In this document: positions 8,198 through 17,393 of the stretch, one piece after another
How positions within the stretch are numbered: the first letter of the stretch is position 1
Layout: each line of letters begins with the position of its first letter
From: Ostreococcus tauri
Taxonomy: Eukaryota
Length of the DNA: 32,000 nucleotides
Assembly: GCA_000214015.2 (NCBI GenBank)
Contig: CAID01000020.2
Coordinates: 84,641-116,640 of the forward strand
Direction: 5' to 3'
The notes under the pieces: generated by a model
The model's input: only the letters and a program-made list of their open reading frames with translations
Told to the model about the DNA's origin: nothing
Database searches by the model: none
Translations under genes and position numbers: made by a program

Positions 8198-10042
8198 ATG
8201 GCGACCCCCCCGCCGCCGCCACCGCACACGTCGACGCCGATGGCGACGACGCCGCGCGCGTGGACGACCACCGCGAGCGCCCGCGCGCGCGCGCGATCGA
8301 CCGCCGATCTCGCTCGCGCGCGCGCGCGTCCACGACCGACGCGCGAGACGGTGGTGCGCGCGCGAGACGGGAATGATGATGACGACGACGACACCGATGG
8401 GGGCGTCGACGCGCCCTCGCGAAAGGTCTACGTCGAGACCTACGGGTGCCAGATGAACGTGAACGACACCGAGGTCATGCTCGAGGTGTTACGCGCGCGT
8501 GGGTACGACGAGACCACGGAGGCGACGTCGGCGGATGTGATTTTGATCAACACGTGCGCGATTCGGGACAAGGCGGAGGCGAAGATTTGGCAGCGCTTGG
8601 CGTATTTTCGATCGATCGGTTCGATGAAGAAACGTCGCGCGCGACCGGTCGTCGGGGTGTTGGGGTGCATGGCGGAGCGGGTGAAGGAAAAGTTGCTCGA
8701 GGCGGATCGATTGGCGGACATCGTGGCGGGGCCGGATGCGTATCGGGACTTGCCGAATCTCATCGACGCCGTGCGCGGGACGGGGGCGAAGGCGATGAAC
8801 GTGCAGTTGTCGGTGGAGGAGACGTACGCGGATATTATTCCGGTGCGAGAGGTTGGTACGCATTCGGCGTTCGTGACGATTATGCGTGGGTGCGATAACG
8901 CGTGCGCGTTTTGCATCGTGCCGTACACGCGCGGACGCGAACGGTCGAGAGATTTGGCGAGCATCATGTACGAGATTCGTTCGTTGAGCGAACGAGGGAT
9001 CAAGGAGGTGACGTTGTTGGGGCAAAACGTCAACTCGTACGCGGGAGACGTCACGAGCGCGACGACGAGGGATTTCTTGAGTCAGCTCGTGGGGGAAGAC
9101 GTGGACGCGGTGGAACTCGTCGCCAACGCGTCGAGCGCCGGTTTGGCCGGCGCGCAGGGCTCAGCCTTCGTCGGCTACGCCGATGGGTTCAAGTCTCGGT
9201 ACGATCCCGAGCGTAAGCGCGAGGGCACGATTCAGTTTGCCGAATTGCTCGACAAGGTGGCGAGCGTCGATCCGGAGATGCGCATTCGATTCACGTCGCC
9301 GCATCCGAAAGATTTCCCGGATGACGTCCTCAGAGTGATTCGCGATCGGCCGAACGTGTCGAAGTGCTTACACATGCCCGCACAGAGCGGTTCGACCGCG
9401 ACGCTCGAGCGAATGGCGCGGGGGTACACCAGAGAGGCGTACATCGAGCTCATCGATCGCGTCAGGATGATCATTCCCGGATGCGCGGTGACGACGGATA
9501 TCATCTCCGGCTTTTGCGGTGAGACCGAGGCGGATCACGAAGACACGGTGAGCTTGATGACGAGAATCGGGTACGAGCAAGCCTTCATGTTCGCCTACTC
9601 CGAGCGCGAGGGCACTGGCGCGCACAGGCATCAAAAGGATGACGTTCCCGAGGATGTCAAGCAGCGGCGATTGCAAGAGGTCATCGACGCCTTCCGCGCC
9701 AAGGCGGGCGAAAAGCAGCGCATGGAGATCGGCTCCACGCACTGCGTCTTAGTCGAGGGTCCGAGTAAGAAGAACCCGGAGGAGCTCACGGGTAAGACGG
9801 ACACGTCGAAGTGGGTGATTTTTGACGACGCGCCGACGGGGTCGTACGCGGGCGACGCGCGCTCGGCGACGACGGGGTCGCATCGCGTGTCTCCGGGCGA
9901 TTACGTCGCCGTGCGAGTCACCGGATGCAGCACTGGTACTTTATTCGGTGAATTACTGGGAAAGACCACGCTTACGGAGTTTCAAAGACTCCACGGCGCG
10001 CAGTGGACGACGCCCGCCGAGGCCGTCGCCGCCGCGCGTTAA
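8198..10042 (+). CDS. miaB: MiaB/CDK5RAP1-family radical-SAM tRNA methylthiotransferase
   Basis: It has the N-terminal MTTase motif VYVETYGCQMNVNDTE, the radical-SAM CxxxCxxC motif in MRGCDNACAFCIVPYTRGRERSR, and a C-terminal TRAM-like segment (HCVLVEGPSKKNPEELTGKTD...YVAVRVTG). There is a true ATG at 8198 and a presequence-like N-terminus. Confidence 0.9.
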   Translation: MATPPPPPPHTSTPMATTPRAWTTTASARARARSTADLARARARPRPTRETVVRARDGNDDDDDDTDGGVDAPSRKVYVETYGCQMNVNDTEVMLEVLRARGYDETTEATSADVILINTCAIRDKAEAKIWQRLAYFRSIGSMKKRRARPVVGVLGCMAERVKEKLLEADRLADIVAGPDAYRDLPNLIDAVRGTGAKAMNVQLSVEETYADIIPVREVGTHSAFVTIMRGCDNACAFCIVPYTRGRERSRDLASIMYEIRSLSERGIKEVTLLGQNVNSYAGDVTSATTRDFLSQLVGEDVDAVELVANASSAGLAGAQGSAFVGYADGFKSRYDPERKREGTIQFAELLDKVASVDPEMRIRFTSPHPKDFPDDVLRVIRDRPNVSKCLHMPAQSGSTATLERMARGYTREAYIELIDRVRMIIPGCAVTTDIISGFCGETEADHEDTVSLMTRIGYEQAFMFAYSEREGTGAHRHQKDDVPEDVKQRRLQEVIDAFRAKAGEKQRMEIGSTHCVLVEGPSKKNPEELTGKTDTSKWVIFDDAPTGSYAGDARSATTGSHRVSPGDYVAVRVTGCSTGTLFGELLGKTTLTEFQRLHGAQWTTPAEAVAAAR

Positions 10043-10137
10043 AAATCGCGCAGTCAGAATGTCGTCACCCATTCATTTCATTCGTTCAGCTCGCTTTATT
10101 ATAATACTACTACAAAAAGATTCAGCTAAAACCACGC

Positions 10138-12045
10138 TCATCGATGCGATTCGAGCTCGCTCCTCACGTCCTCGTCCACGGTTTCGGCGTCCAGGTCGAC
10201 GACGCACGTGACGTGGAACGGACCGCGTTGACCCGTGCGCGCCGTTCTTCCGCACCGGTGTAAAAACATCTCCATCGACGGCGCCGCGCCGTACTGCGCG
10301 ACGTGATGTAAGTCTGGAAAGTCGATTCCACGAGCGGCGAGATCGGTGCAGACGCAAACTTTGAGATCTCCTGCGATGAAATCGTCCAACACCACGCCCC
10401 GTTCCTTCGCTCTGCCGTGAAACGCGAGCGCGACGACGTCGCGGGCGTCCAATTTCCCCACGAGCTCGTCCGCATCCTCGGGTGAGTTGGCGAAGATTAG
10501 TGTTTTATACGCCTTGTGACGATTCAAAGCGTCGCACAGGGATTCGAACTTTGCGTCGTCCCCTCGAACGTCGTCGACGCGCACGTCGAGCTGCGGATGC
10601 ACGCGACCGAACCGCGCGGTGGACACCCACTCAACCTCACCCGGAAACGTCTCCAAAAGAGGTTGGGCCTCGCGCATCGTCGCAGCGGCAAATATGTACT
10701 GAACCTTGGTGTCGAATCGGTTGATCCCATTCTCGCCGTAGGAGAGTTTGATGATCTCCCCGACGTCGCTCGCGAAACCGCTCGATAACATTTCATCCGC
10801 CTCGTCCACGACGACGTGACGCAATCGTCCGAGCAACACCCACTCATCCTTGATGAGTTTTAGCAATCGCGCGGGCGTACACACTAAGACATCGGCGTTT
10901 CGAAACTCCGGAATCGCCTCCTCGTCGCCTTGAAGCTTGGACTTGTTCGCGGTTGTCGCCAATGCGGATTTCTTCATACCCTTCGTCTTCGACGACGTCT
11001 TCTTCACCCCCTTGGGCGCCGGTCTGACCAGTTTCTTCTCCTTGCCGAGCAACGCGAACACGTTTGGTGTGTAATATCCACTCTTGATCGCGTCGTCACT
11101 CATCGTGCACCAAAACGCCGCGAGCTCCGCGGCGTGCGTGACTTGCCTCCCGAGCTCGACGCTCGGAACCAAGACGACGCACGCCGGGCAGCATCGTCCA
11201 CTTCGCTTCGATCCCTTCCTCCCCGGCGCACTCACGGACGCCATCGTGGGTAACAGGTACGCGAACGTCTTCCCGCTCCCCGTCTCAGCCAATATCGCCA
11301 CGTTCTTGCCTTCCATCAACGGCGGCGTCGCCAATCGCTGAATCTCCGTCGTTCGTCGCAACCCCGCGGACCGAGCCGCGTCCGCGAGATGCGCGGGAAT
11401 CCCCACGCGGGCAAACCCAGTCGCGGACGCATCGAGCGCATCATTCAATCCACCGTCGTCGCCGTACGAAGACCGTCGATGCGTCGAATCGATCCGCGCC
11501 GCGTTCTTTTCATCCTCCCGTCGCCATCGCGCGAGCTCCCACGGCCGCGCGTCCCCTCGCCGATACGCGCTCCGTCGCCCCCCACCCCCCGTCGTCGCCG
11601 TCGCACCATCAGTATCGTCATCTTCTTCCCCCATCAATCGCGCCCATCCGCGTAAATCGTCGTCGGCGCGCCAATAGCCGTCGTCTCGCCGCCGCGCGTC
11701 CCGAACCGTCGCCCTGTACAACGTCTCCGCGCTCACCGCGCGATCACGCCCGTTTTCTCCCCTCTCCCCCCCCGGCGCGCGTCTCGCCAATCGCTCCATG
11801 CGCGCGTCACCGCTCGATGCCCACGACCGAGGCGCGGTCGACGCATCTTTGGATGATTTTTGTATCGAATCACCATCCTCTGGGAAAGCGCCATCGACAT
11901 CATCCTCCCCAGACGCCCTCGCGCGCGTCCGAATCGTCCTCGTCGGTCGACGCGACGATCGAGGACATTTATGCGGACGCACGGGCGACGCACGGGGGCG
12001 AACCGAGGCTCGCGGCGGCATCGACGGCGTCGCCATGTCGCGCAT
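10138..12045 (-). CDS. DEAD-box ATP-dependent RNA helicase with an Arg/Asp-rich N-terminal extension
   Basis: Helicase motifs are AETGSGKTFAYLLP (I), VVDEADEML (II), AAT (III), ARGIDFPDL and HRCGRTAR (VI). The ORF-track start at 12072 is a GTG. The first ATG is at 12045, with another at 12036. Confidence 0.9.
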   Translation of the reverse strand: MRDMATPSMPPRASVRPRASPVRPHKCPRSSRRPTRTIRTRARASGEDDVDGAFPEDGDSIQKSSKDASTAPRSWASSGDARMERLARRAPGGERGENGRDRAVSAETLYRATVRDARRRDDGYWRADDDLRGWARLMGEEDDDTDGATATTGGGGRRSAYRRGDARPWELARWRREDEKNAARIDSTHRRSSYGDDGGLNDALDASATGFARVGIPAHLADAARSAGLRRTTEIQRLATPPLMEGKNVAILAETGSGKTFAYLLPTMASVSAPGRKGSKRSGRCCPACVVLVPSVELGRQVTHAAELAAFWCTMSDDAIKSGYYTPNVFALLGKEKKLVRPAPKGVKKTSSKTKGMKKSALATTANKSKLQGDEEAIPEFRNADVLVCTPARLLKLIKDEWVLLGRLRHVVVDEADEMLSSGFASDVGEIIKLSYGENGINRFDTKVQYIFAAATMREAQPLLETFPGEVEWVSTARFGRVHPQLDVRVDDVRGDDAKFESLCDALNRHKAYKTLIFANSPEDADELVGKLDARDVVALAFHGRAKERGVVLDDFIAGDLKVCVCTDLAARGIDFPDLHHVAQYGAAPSMEMFLHRCGRTARTGQRGPFHVTCVVDLDAETVDEDVRSELESHR

Positions 12046-12074
12046 TCGCGATGGCGGCGTGGTGTGTGTCACGA

Positions 12075-12290
12075 CATACGCCTATTTGTATCAGTATACG
12101 ACGTGTCGTACACAGTGTATATTCGAGCGATGTCGTCACACACGTCGACGTCGACGCTTTTATGCGTACTGTGTTCTATATATAGATGGATCGAACGCCG
12201 ATGTGCGTCGCGTGTGTGTCGCACCGTCGGACATCTGGGTCATCCGTGTGTGTGATATATCGGACATCCGGGACGTATTGCGATCGACGT
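12075..12290. promoter_or_regulatory. Low-GC island in the bidirectional promoter region between the helicase and L19 genes; includes TATATATA at 12177-12184
   Basis: Read directly: an AT-richer stretch with gtatac/tgtgtg motifs, a TATA-like octamer, and duplicated cggacatc(t/c)ggg blocks. A promoter role is inferred from position only. Confidence 0.4.
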
Positions 12291-12340
12291 GAAATCTATG
12301 TGATGACCCGAGGACGCGTTCGTGGGCGACGCCGGGAGGT

Positions 12341-12347
12341 TTTAGGG
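12341..12347. promoter_or_regulatory. Telomere-repeat-like motif TTTAGGG about 150 bp upstream of the L19 start codon
   Basis: ggaggTTTTAGGGTcacg, read directly. In plants telo-boxes are enriched upstream of translation-apparatus genes. Here there is a single short match. Confidence 0.2.
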
Positions 12348-12494
12348 TCACGCGCGACGGACGACCCCTCATCTCGCGCCGCGCCACGCGACGCGACCGC
12401 ACGCGGCGGGTACACACGGCGCCACGCGCACCGTCGACGCATTCACCGCGGTTTCGACCACGCGCGCGCGTCGCACGACGACGGACGAAGGATC

Positions 12495-12980
12495 ATGCAC
12501 GCGATGTCGAGCGCGTCGACGATGCGCGTGTCCACCGCGCGGGGGGGGGCGCTCGGCGCCAAGCGCGCGGTGTCGAGCGCGCGGGCGCTCCGCGCGCGGG
12601 TGGATATGTCCGCCGCGGTGTCGTTCACGCGCGAGCGCGCGGCGGTCGTCGCGAGCGCGACGAAGCGCGCGACGTCGTACGCGCACACCAATCGTAAGGG
12701 TTTGGCTGCATTCGTCGAGCGCGCGTCGGCGAAGCAGATGAAGGGGGATTTGATCCCGTTTCGAGTCGGGATGACGCTGAAAGTGGGCGTCACCGTCGCG
12801 GAAGGGAACAAGACGCGGGTGCAGCCGTACGAGGGGGTGGTGATCGCGATTCACCGCGCCGGGGTGGCGACGACGGTGACGGTGCGAAAGACGATGCAAG
12901 GGTTCGGCGTCGAGCGCGTGTTCCCGGTGCACTCGCCGTTGTGCACGTTCGAGGAGATTCGCGGTGCCGGTAAGCCGGTG
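12495..12980 (+). CDS. rplS: Organellar (bacterial-type) ribosomal protein L19, exon 1
   Basis: FRVGMTLKVGVTVAEGNKTRVQPYEGVVIAIHRAGVATTVTVRKTMQGFGVERVFPVHSPL aligns with bacterial L19 (…[37 protein letters not shown]…). The exon ends at a codon boundary before GTACGT at 12981. The start is taken at ATG 12495. ATG 12186 lies in the promoter island. Confidence 0.85.
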
Positions 12981-13224
12981 GTACGTCATTTTATTTCGTC
13001 GATGCTCGAACGCGACGATGGGTCGGACGAGGCGCGAGTTCGGGGGGTGGGGCGTCGCGCGACGCGCGACGCCCGCCCCTCCGTCGAGCGTCGTCGTCGA
13101 GCGCGCGCGATGTCTCCACCGCGCGCGATCGAAACCATCGCTCGATCGCGTCATGGTCTCTTCGTTTTCTCGATTTCACAGACTGACGATGCGCGCGCGC
13201 CGCCGTTTCTCGCACCCATCACAG
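12981..13224 (+). other. Spliceosomal intron of the L19 gene (244 nt)
   Basis: It has donor GTACGT, branch-like GACTGAC at 13185-13191 and acceptor CACAG|G. Splicing joins ...EEIRGAGKPV to VRRAKLFYLRKLVGKQARLKTRF, which restores the conserved L19 C-terminus that otherwise sits in another frame. Confidence 0.85.
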
Positions 13225-13323
13225 GTTCGTCGCGCCAAGCTCTTCTACCTGCGCAAGCTCGTCGGGAAGCAAGCGAGACTCAAGACTCGCTTCGTCGCCA
13301 AGAAGGACCAGGCGAAGAAGTGA
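13225..13323 (+). CDS. rplS: Organellar ribosomal protein L19, exon 2
   Basis: VRRAKLFYLRKLVGKQARLKTRFVAKKDQAKK* matches the L19 motif VRKAKLYYLRxxxGKAARIKE. TGA is at 13321-13323. Confidence 0.85.
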   Translation, partial: VRRAKLFYLRKLVGKQARLKTRFVAKKDQAKK

Positions 13324-13494
13324 GCGCGACGCGTCGTCGCGTTGGATCATCATCACGAATAGTAGCGAGCAGTCGACATTTAATTCATCGAACATCATCG
13401 TTCAATCGACCCGCGCCGCCGTCGCGCCGCGAATACGGAGCTAAACCCAACGCGGTTCGTCCCGCCGCACGCCTCGACGCCCCACGCGTGGACG

Positions 13495-13556
13495 ATGACG
13501 GTCACCCTGCGATCGAGCGACGACGAAACCTTCGTCGTCGACGACGACGTCGCCTT
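13495..13556 (+). CDS. SKP1: SKP1 (SCF ubiquitin-ligase subunit), exon 1
   Basis: MTVTLRSSDDETFVVDDDVA(F) matches the SKP1 N-terminus (..IKLQSSDGEIFEVDVEIA..). The exon ends in phase 2 before GTGCGT. Confidence 0.8.
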
Positions 13557-13674
13557 GTGCGTCGCGCGACGCCCGCGGAGAGACGCGCGCGCAGAGACGC
13601 GTCGATCGCGAGATTTCTTTGACCGCGCGATTCCGAACGACACACTGACGTCAACGCGCGCGCGCGAATCGCAG
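13557..13674 (+). other. SKP1 intron 1 (118 nt)
   Basis: It has donor GTGCGT, branch-like CACTGAC at 13643-13649 and acceptor CGCAG. Confidence 0.75.
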
Positions 13675-13706
13675 TCTGAGCGAAACGATTAAGAGCATCA
13701 TCGAGG
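13675..13706 (+). CDS. SKP1: SKP1, exon 2 (32-nt micro-exon)
   Basis: It encodes (F)LSETIKSIIE(D), aligning with SKP1 QSVTIKTMLED. It is bounded by CAG| and |GTGCGC. An alternative donor GTAAAC at 13730 with acceptor AAAG at 13814 is also frame-compatible. Confidence 0.65.
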
Positions 13707-13836
13707 GTGCGCGCGACGGGCGCGATGGCGTAAACGGCGCGAAGCGTGGAGGATGCGCGGGATGATTAGCCGCGGCGAACGCGCGGACGCGAGACGCGAC
13801 GCGAACGATGAAAGACTGACGGTGTTCGCGACGCAG
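13707..13836 (+). other. SKP1 intron 2 (130 nt)
   Basis: It has donor GTGCGC, branch-like GACTGAC at 13814-13820 and acceptor CGCAG at 13832-13836. Confidence 0.65.
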
Positions 13837-14192
13837 ACACCGAGGACGAGAGCATGGTCCCGCTCCCGAACGTTTCGTCGAAAATCTTGGCGAAAGTGAT
13901 CGAGTACGCAAAGTTTCACGTGGACGCGAAAAAGGCGAACGAGGCGGAGGCGAAGATCAAAGAGTTCAATACCGAATTCGTCAAGGTGGACCAGGCGACG
14001 CTGTTTGAGATCATTCTGGCGGCGAATTACTTGAACATGAAAGGCTTGCTCGACTTGACGTGCATGACGGTGGCGAACATGATGAAAGGGAAGACGCCGG
14101 AGGAGATTCGAAAGACGTTTAACATCAAGAATGACTTCACGCCGGAGGAGGAGGAAGAAGTGCGGAAGGAGAACCAGTGGGCGTTCGATTAG
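13837..14192 (+). CDS. SKP1: SKP1, exon 3
   Basis: ...[27 protein letters not shown]...[63 protein letters not shown] is near-identical in pattern to the canonical SKP1 C-terminal domain. Confidence 0.92.
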
Positions 14193-14463
14193 GTCGACTC
14201 GCGAAGGTGGTGATTGATGATGACGATTTAGACGAGAGCGTTGGACGATGGAGGAGGAACTCTCGAAAATATGTACACGAGGACGACGTCGCGCGACGAG
14301 GTGGGTTTTTTCGCGACGAAGGCGACGCGCGCGCGCGGGGGACGATGTAGCGTCACCTTGGCGACGAATAATTTCGCGACGAATGAAACGAAACGAAACG
14401 GAAAGAGATTTTCTTTGACTTTATTTTTCATCACGACGGTTCGATCGACGACCGCTCGGACGT

Positions 14464-15756
14464 TCACCCGTCGAGGTACTCCACGGGATGCATCTCCGGA
14501 AGCTCTGGGAGTTCGATTTCAACCTCGATCGATTCCTCCTCCCCCTTGGCCGCGAACGACGTCACGGTGCACGTCCAGGGACCTTTAGCCGCGCGCACGT
14601 CATCCCCGCTCGACGCGAACGACGCGTCGCCGCTCGCTCGGATGCTCGCGATGGCTTTCATCGACACCTCGAACGCCTGAAGCTCGATGATAGCCGGACG
14701 AGAAATCTCGAGATTTTCACCATCGTCCACGACGTTCACCTTGAAAAACAACGGCCACAGAACGTTGTCTATCTCACCTTCACGCTCCACTAACGGCCAA
14801 GAACCGGCTTCGCCGTCGTCCAGGTCCTCGAACGGGGTCTCGTGCGCCGACGCGAAGGCGCACGTTTGGCCCATTTGCGGCCCGCTCTCGACGTCGACGT
14901 TCCCCTTACTCACCTCGAACGCCGCCTGCGACTGCGTCAAGGTTTTATGAACCACAAAACCAAAATCCTCTTCCTCCATCGATCCCTCGAACGCCACGAA
15001 CGCGGTGAGTCGCATCGCGACGTCGTCTCGAAGTTTCAACCGGTACGAAACCTTCACCGGCCGCCGACGCTCGAGCGCTCGATCGATATCACACTCCGCG
15101 AACGCCTTCGCCGCCTCGAACAACGACCTCCCGAACGCCATCGTGAACCCATCGACCGATGTGGACAACCCCGGGAGATGTCGCGTCCCCCACTCCTCCT
15201 CTACCCCCCCCCGCGCGTCCTCGGCGATTTTCGGCTCGACGCGTTCGCGAATCACCCGCGCGATCAACTCCTCCGGCACCGGCGCGAAACTCACGCTCTC
15301 AATCTCCGGAATCTCACGTTTCAACAACTCTCGACACTCCGCCACGTATCGACATCCATCGAACGTCGCCCACGCCTCCGGTTCGCCTCGCAACGCCCGC
15401 GCCGTGCGTCCGCACGCCACGCGAATCGTCCTCGGCGCCAATCCTCCCTCTCGGAACGTTTTCCCCTGCAGCGTCGCGTTCAGCGCCCGCGGTCGCTCGA
15501 CGCACTTCCGTATGAACGCCGCGACGTCTTCGGACGACGGTTCGTCCTCGTACACGTTCCCTCGGTCGTCCCCGTCGCGGGCGTGGGAGAGAAAGGTTCC
15601 GCCGTCCGGCTCGACGACCAAGATGAGGTACGGTCGCGATGGCTTCGCCTCCCCGCCCTCGAGCGCCGTCGACGCCGTCGCGGTCGTGATCCAGGCGCGG
15701 AGTTTGTGGACGTAGACGTGCCAACACCGCGGGCGCGCGGGCGCGTCGGTCGCCAT
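14464..15756 (-). CDS. Hypothetical protein (430 aa), globular-looking, no family recognised
   Basis: ATG-initiated ORF (cat at 15754-15756). Composition is balanced throughout, with acidic and hydrophobic alternation and no low-complexity runs. The antisense ORFs are Arg-rich junk. Confidence 0.65.
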   Translation of the reverse strand: MATDAPARPRCWHVYVHKLRAWITTATASTALEGGEAKPSRPYLILVVEPDGGTFLSHARDGDDRGNVYEDEPSSEDVAAFIRKCVERPRALNATLQGKTFREGGLAPRTIRVACGRTARALRGEPEAWATFDGCRYVAECRELLKREIPEIESVSFAPVPEELIARVIRERVEPKIAEDARGGVEEEWGTRHLPGLSTSVDGFTMAFGRSLFEAAKAFAECDIDRALERRRPVKVSYRLKLRDDVAMRLTAFVAFEGSMEEEDFGFVVHKTLTQSQAAFEVSKGNVDVESGPQMGQTCAFASAHETPFEDLDDGEAGSWPLVEREGEIDNVLWPLFFKVNVVDDGENLEISRPAIIELQAFEVSMKAIASIRASGDASFASSGDDVRAAKGPWTCTVTSFAAKGEEESIEVEIELPELPEMHPVEYLDG

Positions 15757-15790
15757 GGCGTCGCGATGTGTGGATAGGCTCCGCGGGTCT

Positions 15791-15974
15791 TCGTTTTCAT
15801 ACTATTATTCTACAACCGCATACGTCTCATGTGTCCGAGTATGTGATTTTATCTCTCTCGGGACACCACCAGGGTTATGGCTATATTTCTTTTTCATCCT
15901 ATTATTCTACACCCGCATACGTCCCATATGTCCGAGTACGTGATATATCTCTCTCTCCGGACCCCACCAGGGTT
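15791..15974. repeat. Low-GC tandem dimer, period ~97 bp, in the divergent promoter between the 14464..15756 gene and the TruA gene
   Basis: ttttcat(a/c)ctattattctaca(a/c)ccgcatacgtc(t/c)cat(g/a)tgtccgagta(t/c)gtgat...tctctc...ggac(a/c)ccaccagggtt occurs at 15794-15876 and again at 15891-15974. Confidence 0.85.
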
Positions 15975-16197
15975 GGGCGACGCACGTTTACGTCGTCGAC
16001 ACATCGCGCGGACGCGTATACGAGGCCTGTGTACGACCATGTATACACTCGCTCGGTGCGTACACGCACACGACACCGCGCGGACGATGAAATGACCCCC
16101 AGAGCGCGCCCGGGCGCGTCGACGCCCGCGAGGTCCCGTCGCGTCGACGTCGACGACGTCCCGCGCGCCCGCGAACGACGCGCGCGGCGGTCGAGGG

Positions 16198-17262
16198 ATG
16201 GCGGCGCGCGCGTGGGATGGATGGACGTGTGGAGGGACACGACGACGAGTCACGACTCGTCGATGGCACCATTCGACGCGCACGACGCGCGCGACCGCCG
16301 ACGACGCGTCGACGACGGCCGACGACGGCGACGCGACGGCGATGCATGATCACGGATTCTCCACGGATGGGAAAAATCGCGCGTACGCGGCGTCGATGGA
16401 TGCGGATGCGTCTCGGCGGCGTCTCGGCGACGCGCGGGCGACGTACGCGATGACGATTTCGTACGACGGGACGAATTATAAGGGGTTTCAACGCCAAGGC
16501 GCGGACGTGGCGAGCGTGCAACGCGAGCTCGAGCGGTGTTTGACGCGGTTGACGGGTGAGGGGCGGGACGCGTTGCGATTGGGTGGGAGCGGGCGGACGG
16601 ATGGCGGCGTCCACGCGCGCGGGCAAGTGGTGCACTTTTATAGCGAGAAGGATTGGCGCTCGGCGGAGGATTTCGCGCGGTGCGTCAAGGCGATGAATGG
16701 GATGTTACCTCGAGACGTGCGGTGCGAGCGGTTTTGGCGGCCGCACCCGGCGTTTCACGCGAGGTTTCACGCGACGCGGAAGACGTACGCGTATTACGTC
16801 GACGCGCGGTCGCCGCACGACGTCTTCGCGCGGGCGTACGCGTGTCAGTGCGGCTGGCGCGCGTGTGACGTCGACGCACTACGTCGAGCGTGTCAATATT
16901 TCGTCGGGACGCGAGATTTTCGCGCGTTCGCCAACACGTCCAGGGATAAACCGACGTCGGACGAGGATTTGAACACCACGCGAACCATCTTCCGCTTCGA
17001 CGTCTTCGAGCAAGCGGACGGGTTGATCCGGCTCGAGTGCGAGGGCGACGGGTTTTTGTATAGGCAAGTTCGCAACATGGTCGGCGCCGCGCTCGTCGTC
17101 GCGAGCGGACGGGAGAAACCGGAGTGGATTCTTGATTTATTAGCGTCGGGCGACAGACGCCGCGTCCCGACGGCGGCGCCGGCGCGCGGGTTGTTTCTCC
17201 AATCCGTCGAGTATCCAGACTCGGTGAAGCCGATGTCGTTTACCGACGTCGATGTAATGTAA
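16198..17262 (+). CDS. truA: tRNA pseudouridine synthase A family (TruA/PUS1-like)
   Basis: YAMTISYDGTNYKGFQRQ and the catalytic GRTDGGVHARGQVVHF motif are present, followed by ...FLYRQVRNMVGA... typical of TruA. ATG is at 16198. The Arg/Thr-rich N-terminus may be a targeting peptide, or the true start may be the ATG near 16345. Confidence 0.85.
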   Translation: MAARAWDGWTCGGTRRRVTTRRWHHSTRTTRATADDASTTADDGDATAMHDHGFSTDGKNRAYAASMDADASRRRLGDARATYAMTISYDGTNYKGFQRQGADVASVQRELERCLTRLTGEGRDALRLGGSGRTDGGVHARGQVVHFYSEKDWRSAEDFARCVKAMNGMLPRDVRCERFWRPHPAFHARFHATRKTYAYYVDARSPHDVFARAYACQCGWRACDVDALRRACQYFVGTRDFRAFANTSRDKPTSDEDLNTTRTIFRFDVFEQADGLIRLECEGDGFLYRQVRNMVGAALVVASGREKPEWILDLLASGDRRRVPTAAPARGLFLQSVEYPDSVKPMSFTDVDVM

Positions 17263-17393
17263 ATCGATCGCGGCGCTCGTCGTTTCGCGCGCTTTCGCGT
17301 CGTTCGACGCCCTCGACGGTTTCCGCGCGCGAAAAAATCCAACCTCTGAGAAATCTTTCATAAACCGCACTGTGCGGCGCGTTGTGGCGCGTC

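Noticed and set aside
12186-12494. Upstream extension of the L19 ORF to ATG 12186
   Set aside because: The extension starts inside the low-GC promoter island about 1 bp after a TATATATA element and encodes Cys/Arg-rich sequence unlike a transit peptide. ATG 12495 gives a conventional S/A/R-rich presequence. This is not fully excluded.
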